Below are positions 29,413-38,400 of a stretch of 61,299 bases of DNA, one piece after another. Positions within the stretch are counted from its first letter, which is position 1; each line of letters begins with the position of its first letter. The position numbers and the translations under genes were made by a program. This stretch comes from Methanobacteriota archaeon (GTDB taxonomy: Archaea > Thermoplasmatota > Poseidoniia > Poseidoniales > Poseidoniaceae), in the NCBI GenBank assembly GCA_018691345.1, contig JABGTJ010000012.1:1-61299 (forward strand). The letters run 5' to 3'. Below the pieces are notes generated by a model, which ran no database searches, had not been told where the DNA came from, and saw only the letters and a list, made by a program, of their open reading frames with translations.

Positions 29413-31515
29413 CTACACTTCTTCAATGGTGTGGACCTTTGAGAAGAATCTGCGAGCGAAACTTGATGTTGTTTGAGGGTCGTTGGTTGCGTTCATCCTC
29501 AGGTCACTTGGATAGCAACTGATGTAGGTGCGGTCGGTATGCCTTTGGTCCAACAGAAGAATCAATGCTCGATCTCCAATTGAGCGTATTGGACGGCCCA
29601 TTGCCTGAAGGATTGCATTTATTGCTGGCTGAGTTACGGTGTACCTCCAAGCGTTATTTTTCCCGAACCTGTCTCCAGCGTAAGCCTTCAATGAATCAGA
29701 TAAAACCGAAGGTGGTGCGTTTGGAATGCCGATGCAGGCAACAGCATCCAGAATTCCTCCATTGTAATCAATGCCTTCTGAAAGTCGAGCACCGTAGACG
29801 CCACACAACAACACACGTTGTCCAGCTTCTTTCTCACTCCGAAGGTTTTCTACAAGTGAATCGATGTCGTTCTTGCTCCATTCTCTGCTTTCCATGACCT
29901 TTCGAATACCTTTGAATCGATGTTCAGCCAATATTTCTTCCATCATCCGATACGACGGCGCAAATACTGCGATGTGCCCTGGAGTGCCGTCGATGAGAGC
30001 TTGGAGGTGGTTACGGATTTTCGACCACATTGCGGGTGAACGTTGGGAATATTTTGTAGTCACATCACCTGCGACTAAAACAGGTCTTCGTTCTCCCGCA
30101 AACGGTGATGAGTATGCGGTCTTGGTCGTCTTTTCGGTGGGGAGGTCAAGGATGTCTGCGTACATTTTGGGAGGATACAATGTGCCTGACATGAGAATGG
30201 CACCGTGTACGGATTCAAACACTGGCCCTGAAACTAGCCCAGGGTCGAGCAAATGCGATGTGATTCTTCCTTCTCGGCCTTTCGAACTAAACACTAGGCT
30301 GAGAGCAGTTGTTTTTCCAAACATTTCGATGCACTTCAAGATGTGACCCATCTTGTGCGCATCGGGCTCCATGGTATCCTCGTCGTCACCCGTTTCAAGG
30401 TCGACTTCGACGCGAAGCAGGACATCAGCAAGCCTCGGTAATCGATGTGCTCTATCGACAGCCAAATCCTCTTTGTCGATATTTCCATCCAATGTTTTCT
30501 GACCCGTCAGCCCCTCATACTCGTCGCATGAGCGGTGGATAACCTCGAGAAAACGTTCAACTTCAACACGGTCTTCCTCATTATCCCGCATCAGGTCTGA
30601 ATGCAATTGCCGAAACAGGTCTGCCGTCTTTGTCCGTGCAATCTTCATGATTTCAAAGGCCCAAGTTGCCACATCCAGTTCGAGTGCAACAGGTACCGAG
30701 TTGGTTTGTTGATACGTTGCAGTAAGTGCTCCAACGTATTCTTCAAGTTCCATCGTCGCATTGCGAGCAATTGTCGGAGTGATGCTGCGCTCCATCGTCA
30801 TACGGATTCTGTCGGGCAGATTGTGTGCTTCGTCCACGACCACAATGATATCTTTGAGGGCGACACCCATTGCTTCAAGACTGGATTTACGTACTCCTTC
30901 ATCGAAAATGTGGTTGTAGTCACCGACAAAAACATCCGCAAGTCCTGCAGCCTCGCGTGCAGCCTTCCAAGGGCAAGTTTGAGTTATTTCACCACCCACG
31001 CGGTGAATTTTTGTTAATTCAACAAGTTCGTCAACATGAAGTGGGCTGTCAAGGATGCGCTTGGTTAGGCCAGGTGCACTGGTAATCCACGGCCTGCATG
31101 ATTTGGTCTTTCGTGCGGTACTGCACATCATCGAGAACACGAGGTTGGATTCCTTGGCAAACGGTTGGACGCACATTCCGGATTGGCCGATCATGTCGAC
31201 CAAGGTGATGGGCTCCTTTCCGGTCCGTCGCTGATTGATACGTCGAACTGTGTCGACTACAATTCGATGTTGACTTTGACGTGAGGTTAGGAAAAATACG
31301 TGTTTTTTGGTCGTCGATTTTTGAGTAATTTCCAGAGCAGCAGATAACGCTGCAGCTGTTTTACCAATTCCAGTTGGGGCTGCAGCCAGGTGGTAGCCCC
31401 GGCTTCGAAGTGCTTCTGTTGATTCACGAATCATCTCAACTTGTCCAGGTCGGGGTTTTTCATGTGCAAGATATTCAAACACCTCTGTTTGACCTTGACT
31501 CCCCTCCTCTGTCAT
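29413..31515 (-). CDS. xpd: XPD/Rad3-family 5'-3' DNA helicase with an FeS domain
   Basis: Walker A APTGIGKT, DEAH box VVDEAHNL, four Cys between motifs I and II (GMCVQP...MMCST..KSCRPW...QTCPW) and C-terminal helicase motifs (QAMGRPIR). Confidence 0.9.
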   Translation of the reverse strand: MTEEGSQGQTEVFEYLAHEKPRPGQVEMIRESTEALRSRGYHLAAAPTGIGKTAAALSAALEITQKSTTKKHVFFLTSRQSQHRIVVDTVRRINQRRTGKEPITLVDMIGQSGMCVQPFAKESNLVFSMMCSTARKTKSCRPWITSAPGLTKRILDSPLHVDELVELTKIHRVGGEITQTCPWKAAREAAGLADVFVGDYNHIFDEGVRKSSLEAMGVALKDIIVVVDEAHNLPDRIRMTMERSITPTIARNATMELEEYVGALTATYQQTNSVPVALELDVATWAFEIMKIARTKTADLFRQLHSDLMRDNEEDRVEVERFLEVIHRSCDEYEGLTGQKTLDGNIDKEDLAVDRAHRLPRLADVLLRVEVDLETGDDEDTMEPDAHKMGHILKCIEMFGKTTALSLVFSSKGREGRITSHLLDPGLVSGPVFESVHGAILMSGTLYPPKMYADILDLPTEKTTKTAYSSPFAGERRPVLVAGDVTTKYSQRSPAMWSKIRNHLQALIDGTPGHIAVFAPSYRMMEEILAEHRFKGIRKVMESREWSKNDIDSLVENLRSEKEAGQRVLLCGVYGARLSEGIDYNGGILDAVACIGIPNAPPSVLSDSLKAYAGDRFGKNNAWRYTVTQPAINAILQAMGRPIRSIGDRALILLLDQRHTDRTYISCYPSDLRMNATNDPQTTSSFARRFFSKVHTIEEV

Positions 31516-31763
31516 ATCGGGAGTTCTGCGTCGACACCTCTAAAGGATTGGGGAACAAATGTATGCAGCGGTTGCACTGCAGTGAATCATTGTGCCCAGG
31601 TATGTGGGGGTCCTGGGCACGTGGGAACCAACCAACTTAGCAAGCCGGTGTGGAATCTGAGTCCCCCCGCCCGTCTTCCGAGGGGAGGTGTGTTGGGTTT
31701 TGGTTCAAAGAACCGGGTAGTCCAGAGCGTGCAAGACGGGCACGCAAACGCAAAGCGGCAAAT

Positions 31764-31791
31764 CCGTACGGCTTGGACAAATCCCGTACGG
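31764..31791. promoter_or_regulatory. Pair of identical 8-bp palindromes CCGTACGG, 20 bp centre to centre
   Basis: CCGTACGG occurs at 31764-31771 and 31784-31791. Each sits inside an imperfect direct repeat (CAAATCC(C)GTACGGC). The pair lies in the 353 nt spacer between the RHH gene stop and the xpd start. Confidence 0.3.
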
Positions 31792-31868
31792 CATTGAAGG
31801 TGGCATCACGAGTCTCGCAATCATCGTTTTGCCAATTCATTCCCATCCCCTCCTGCACTCTCACCCAC

Positions 31869-32243
31869 TCACTCGTGGTATTCTTCGCGTCGTGTCGTTG
31901 AGCTCTTTGCTTCCGCAAGGAGTTCATCGAGTTGTTGTGTCATTTCAGAACGAGCCTTGATGGCTTGTTCGATGTAGAGTGAAAGCCCTTCTTGGGCTGC
32001 GGCTTCAGGTGTAGTTCCTTGAAGCTCATACAATTGCCCGAGCAACATTTTGTCGCCAAAGCCCAGTGGAATGCGTATTGAATCCATTCCTGGGAGCAAC
32101 GGTTGCCCGTTGAGGAATTGTTGAATGGCCATGCGGATAACATCGGATCGATTTCGTGCACCGTCGATTCCGATGCGTGCTTCGAGCAAAGCGATTTCTT
32201 CCTCAGTAATTCTGAGTGAGACAAGGTTGCTTGGGTTGGCCAT
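31869..32243 (-). CDS. Ribbon-helix-helix (CopG/Arc/MetJ-type) DNA-binding protein
   Basis: The N-terminus LVSLRITEEEIALLEARIGIDGARNRSDVIRMAIQQFL shows the beta-strand/helix/helix RHH pattern. Confidence 0.65.
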   Translation of the reverse strand: MANPSNLVSLRITEEEIALLEARIGIDGARNRSDVIRMAIQQFLNGQPLLPGMDSIRIPLGFGDKMLLGQLYELQGTTPEAAAQEGLSLYIEQAIKARSEMTQQLDELLAEAKSSTTRREEYHE

Positions 32244-32353
32244 TTTGATTCCTCCGTGTCATTGGGTAGGCATGACAGTATATCAACATATCTTATTTGA
32301 TGACAATCTGACTTACAGGTGATTACACTATTATCAGTCTACTGCGGCGATGC

Positions 32354-32375
32354 CGCCTCACGGAGGCGTTTTTTT
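32354..32375 (+). terminator. Intrinsic-terminator-like hairpin plus T7 run with no upstream plus-strand gene
   Basis: CGCCTC-ACG-GAGGCG at 32354-32368 is followed by TTTTTTT at 32369-32375. It overlaps an alternative hairpin, GCGGC-GAT-GCCGC, at 32344-32356. Confidence 0.3.
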
Positions 32376-32453
32376 GGGCCGTTCAGCCGTATACGTCTAA
32401 ATGTGTATGCGTCCCGGTAGAACATTCTAATATGGGCGACTTCAGCGGTTTGT

Positions 32454-32900
32454 ATGGCACTCGAACCTTCTCGCGGTCTGTATCTTTATTTACGAACATT
32501 GACCGTTGCTATGGACGATTCCATCCTAACCGATGATGAAGCCACAATACTCCATATTCTTGCTGAAGCTCTCGGAATCCTTCCGAGCGACACTGCAGTC
32601 TGTCTCTCGGTTGTTCGTGGTGAGGAAACCAATCCATTTGACGGAACCGAGTTCGATTACTCTGGTCATCATCCTGGTGACGTGACTACATACCAAAGTG
32701 CCTTGGTTGCGGCGCTTGATGATGAGGTCATTACCGAAGATGAATGGGCTATGCTTACTGCTTTGCGAACGATTGTGGGCATCCAAGAAGACCAACACAC
32801 AATGATCGAGGAAGCCATTCACGCTATGGCAGAAGTTGATGCAGAGGGAGTACGTCGACTCGAACGGCTCCAAAGATACATGACGGTTTGTCCTTTTTGA
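32454..32900 (+). CDS. Hypothetical protein with an internal duplication (TerB-like acidic helical repeat)
   Basis: Two copies of DDxxIT(D/E)DEaxxLxxLxxxxGI: DDSILTDDEATILHILAEALGI and DDEVITEDEWAMLTALRTIVGI. Confidence 0.4.
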   Translation: MALEPSRGLYLYLRTLTVAMDDSILTDDEATILHILAEALGILPSDTAVCLSVVRGEETNPFDGTEFDYSGHHPGDVTTYQSALVAALDDEVITEDEWAMLTALRTIVGIQEDQHTMIEEAIHAMAEVDAEGVRRLERLQRYMTVCPF

Positions 32901-32985
32901 GAAACGTTTCTGAACGCCTAAACGACCTGTTGACCAACACTATCGACGGTAATACTTAGAAAGGGTCTAACTTTGGGCCGATTAA

Positions 32986-34362
<1,377 letters not shown>

Positions 34363-34435
34363 TTTCGACACCTGTGCCGAAGCATGAGCATGTTGCAGAG
34401 ACATGTCTATTAACTGCTAATTGCTAAATTCCATC

Positions 34436-34978
34436 ATGCCTCAATTGGTGGTTGGAGATGATGCTCCTTCAATCGTGTTGCCTGCAATCGACGGTTCGAC
34501 ATTCGATCTCTCAGCTTACAAAGGGAAACGTGTGATTTTGACTTTCTTCCGATTTGAATCCTGCCCGTTTTGTAATCTTCGAATCCATCGATTGGTCAAG
34601 CGTTGGGGTGAGTTTCCAGAAGATACAGTGATGGTCGGTATCTTTGATGCAAACATCACTAATCTTTCCAAGAAAATGAAAAAGCACAACGTACCCTTTA
34701 CACTTGTAGCAGATGAAACATACGAGCATTTCCTCAACAGCGGTGTTCGTAAATCACTCTTGCGAGTCATGTTGGCTCCGCTTCGAGCGCCACTGACCTT
34801 CCTCGAAACTTTGGTAAAGGGATATGTTCCAATGACGCTCTCGCCGTCGAAGCTTTCCACTTTGCCGGTTGATATCCTCATTGGTGCAGATGGAAAAGTC
34901 GTTGAGGCTCACTACTGTAAAGATACAGTTGACCACATGCCAATTGACAAGATGGTTTCATTTGCACAGGGCAACTGA
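34436..34978 (+). CDS. Thioredoxin-fold peroxiredoxin-like (AhpC/TSA-family) protein
   Basis: GDDAPSIVLPAIDGSTFDLSAYKGKRVILTFFRFESCPFCNLR shows the redoxin layout with a CxxC-type CPFC. The start is set at the first ATG (34436). Confidence 0.7.
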   Translation: MPQLVVGDDAPSIVLPAIDGSTFDLSAYKGKRVILTFFRFESCPFCNLRIHRLVKRWGEFPEDTVMVGIFDANITNLSKKMKKHNVPFTLVADETYEHFLNSGVRKSLLRVMLAPLRAPLTFLETLVKGYVPMTLSPSKLSTLPVDILIGADGKVVEAHYCKDTVDHMPIDKMVSFAQGN

Positions 34979-35431
34979 TTATTTTCCTTCATCTGGACTC
35001 AATAAGCGTTCACAATTCCATTTTCCATTCGATTTAGAAAGGAATGCACAGGAACCAGGTGACATTTCTTGGAATCTTCCGGTGAGTTGGTAGAGCGCCA
35101 GTTCACATCCTGGGTTATGGGCTACGATGAGCAAAGTTTCTAATGACTGAGTACTCTCTATGTAATCAGATATTGTCTCAGCAGAGGCTAAATACAAATC
35201 ATCTCTCCAATCTGTTGAAACCTCTTGGTATTTTGAGAGCATTTCAACAGTTTCCAATGTACGCTTTGAATTACTGACGACTATTCTGTCCGGCACCCAG
35301 TCGTGTGAATACATCTGGGAGAATATCCTTTGAGCATCATGTCTTCCTTGAAGGCTTAATGGTCTTTCAAAGTCGCTTGGCGCATCGTGATTACTCTTCG
35401 CATGACGCATTAACAGAACACGTCGAACCAT
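34979..35431 (-). CDS. sixA: Phosphohistidine phosphatase SixA-like (histidine phosphatase superfamily)
   Basis: LLMRHAKS catalytic RH motif, PLSLQGRHDA and LLIVAHNPG. Confidence 0.75.
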   Translation of the reverse strand: MVRRVLLMRHAKSNHDAPSDFERPLSLQGRHDAQRIFSQMYSHDWVPDRIVVSNSKRTLETVEMLSKYQEVSTDWRDDLYLASAETISDYIESTQSLETLLIVAHNPGCELALYQLTGRFQEMSPGSCAFLSKSNGKWNCERLLSPDEGK

Positions 35432-35456
35432 AACTCCAACTCAGATCGTTGAATAC

Positions 35457-38400
35457 TTATTCTGTTTGATACAGAATCCATTGTCCGGTTTCATTGTCGT
35501 AGTAATGTAGGCTTCCATCAGCAGACTTCGACCAATTTACACCGTTCTCTTCCCATTCTTGAGATTGGGTTTCAATTGGTGGTAATTGCTTTGTTTGCTC
35601 ATTGCTCACGAACGCTTCAGAGGCAGTATCGTTGTGGTTTTCAGCAGCGAATGGTGAACTATTTTCAGGTGATTCTTGATTGTTCCGGACGACCAGTAAT
35701 GCGCCGAGACCACAGACCACCAACAATGCCAAAATGGCATAAGTAAGACCTATGCCTCCGGATTCAGCTTCACGCTCAGATTTATTTGGGTCGTTTGGAT
35801 AGTAGTCATAGGTGTCAGATATTCCATCACCGTCAGAATCAGTCGTTTCGTTTGGGTCAAGAGGGAAGTCGTCTTCAGCGTCGTTGATGTTGTCCATATC
35901 GGTATCCATCTGTGAAAGAGCGCATCCATCATCAAACACGATTGAACTCTCTGGTGTTAATGGACACGTATCGTCAATGTTGGAAACACCATCGTTGTCA
36001 TCGTCCAGTTGGTATCCTGAACATCCATCCAAGTTGATGCTGTGAGATTCATCGGTATCAGGACACAGGTCCTTGTCGTTCTTGATCGAGTCGTTGTCTT
36101 GGTCAAGTTGAGATTCAGCACAACCAACGGAATTGACTTGTTGTCCAACAGGTGTTGCAGCACACAGGTCAACGGTGTTGTCAATCATGTCGTTATCTGC
36201 ATCGAGTTGATTCTCAGCGCAACCAATAGCGTTGGTAATAAGTCCAATTTCAGTATCTGGACAGGCATCATCGTCGTTGTTAATGGCATCACTGTCATCA
36301 TCTCTTTGTGCGTTTGCACATCCGTTTTCATCAACTTCAGAACCGATAACTGTGCTTTGACAGGTATCCATCATGTCGTTGACACCATCAGCGTCAGTAT
36401 CACGTTGTGCCGCTGAACAACCGACGCCATTGACTGGCATCTCAGGTGTTGTTGAAGGGCATTGATCGAGTTGATCGTTGATGGTGTCACCGTCGGTGTC
36501 ACGTTGCGTATCAGCGCAACCAGCATCATCGACCTCTGAGCCAAGTGGTGTGAGCGGGCAAGCATCAAACATATCCATGACCCCATCGTTATCAGCGTCT
36601 TCTTGAGAGCCTGAACAACCGGTTGCATCCACCGTTTCACCGGGGGGAGTGGATGGGCACGCATCCGCACTGTTGGAAACACCATCGAGGTCATCGTCTT
36701 TCTGTTGTTCTGAGCAACCGTTCAAATCGACAGTTTGTCCTGCTGGTGTGTTCAAACACTGGTCGGGTGAAACGCCGTTGGCGTTGTCTCCGTATCCATC
36801 ACCATCAGCATCGAACCATTGAGTTGGTTCGGATGGGAATTTGTCTGCAGCGTTACCGTTTTGGTTGTCTCCGTATCCATCTCCATCCTCATCGGACCAC
36901 TGGGTTCCGTCCATAGGGAAAGCATCAGGGTCGTTACCTGCTTGGTTGTCTCCATAGCCGTCTGAGTCCATGTCAGACCACTGCGTACTGTCGGTAGGGA
37001 ATGCATCTCCGTTGTTACCCGTTGGATTATCGCCGTATCCATCTCCGTCTTGGTCAGTCCATTGTGTGCCATCTGTAGGGAATTCATCGGGAGAGTTTCC
37101 AGTTGGATTGTCTCCATATCCGTCTCCATCTTGATCAGCCCATTGTGTGTTATCTGTCGGGAATTGATCTCCGTTGGTTCCGTTCGGGTTGTCCCCGTAT
37201 CCGTCTCCGTCTTGGTCTGTCCATTGAGTGCTGTCGGCAGGATACTCATCTGCATTATTACCTGACGCGTTGTCACCATAGCCATCACCATCAGAATCGG
37301 ACCATTGCGTCGAGTCGTATGGGAATGCATCGGAATTGTTGCCGTTTTGGTTGTCACCGTATCCATCGGCATCATAGTCAGACCATTGCGATGAATCGTT
37401 CGGGAATGAATCCGGTGAATTGCCAGATGGATTGTCTCCGTAGCCATCACCGTCCATGTCGGAGTATTGGCTTGAATCGTTCGGGAATGCATCTACATCA
37501 TCGTTGTAACCGTCGTTATCTGAATCCTTTTGTGATAATGCACACCCATCGATATCGACGATTGCACCTGCAGCGGAGTTCGGGCAAATGTCGACTTCAT
37601 TTGCTACCGAATCGTTGTCGTCGTCAAATATAAGGTTGAAACATCCACTGTCTCCAATCAGCTGTACGTTCGTGTTGGAATAAAGAAGAGCCTCCGCACA
37701 GTATGCCCCTGATATGTTCGGCGTTGAGTAGGTGAAGGTTGGCAGACTCATGTTTTGTGCAGTTGCGGTAAAGCTCGTCAATGAGGTTGATGCAATGCTT
37801 GCACCCCCTGCATCGGTAATTCGTATGAGTGACTTGTAGGAATCACCTGGTACCAGATCTGCACCTTTCACATCGACGTTATTTGTCGCTGCAGTGCTGC
37901 TTGAGGAGAAACTGTCAACGACCAACGAGGGGAGTTGAGGGATGAATGCATCATCATGAACGCCAATGTATCCATCTGCTGTAGTTAGGTTGATTGCAGA
38001 GTTGGCTGTATAGAGTATACCGACCAAGATATGTTCATCCATGGTTGTAATACCGCTCCAGTTGATGAGCCAACTTTCTGTTGTCGAAGAACTGGTGAAG
38101 TTGATGTATTCTTGGTAAACAGCGGAGGCATTGAGTGCGAGGTTAATGTCATTCGTTGAATTATAATTATTCTCGAAATCCACATCGTTCAACACGAACC
38201 ACCAGAGTGTGTAATCTGTATTGGCGGACAAGTTGGTTGCAGAATGGGAGCCTGAAGTTGAGGACAAAACGGTTGATTGCAGGATTTCGATTGTTGTACA
38301 TTCCGTGTCCAAAGCGAGAACCCCAGTAGCGTCTGAAAGAGCAACATCAGTGCAGTATTCTGATTCAACCATCATTGGGCTTTGTAGGGTCAAGGTCGTG

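Noticed and set aside
31516-31868. Tried to assign the structured spacer to SRP RNA, RNase P RNA or 5S rRNA
   Set aside because: I could not find the helix-8 GNAR/AGCA signature, the GGAAAGUCC CR-I block or the 5S loop motifs on either strand. It is kept only as an unassigned candidate in the findings.
32296-32340. Possible C/D-box sRNA (TGATGA at about 32297, CTGA 4 nt later, GTGATT further on)
   Set aside because: The box spacing is wrong (only 4 nt between the C-like and D'-like boxes), and there is no terminal D box with a pairing stem.
36752-37492. 246 aa ORF (Thr/Met/His-rich) and plus-strand ORFs at 37103-37633
   Set aside because: These are alternative-frame artefacts of the 81-nt tandem repeat array. 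The periodic nonsense composition mirrors the repeat unit.
36765-37493. Regular tandem repeats that could superficially resemble a CRISPR-like array
   Set aside because: The units are contiguous with no spacers, are in frame, and encode a recognisable Ca-binding motif within a long ORF. No cas genes are present.
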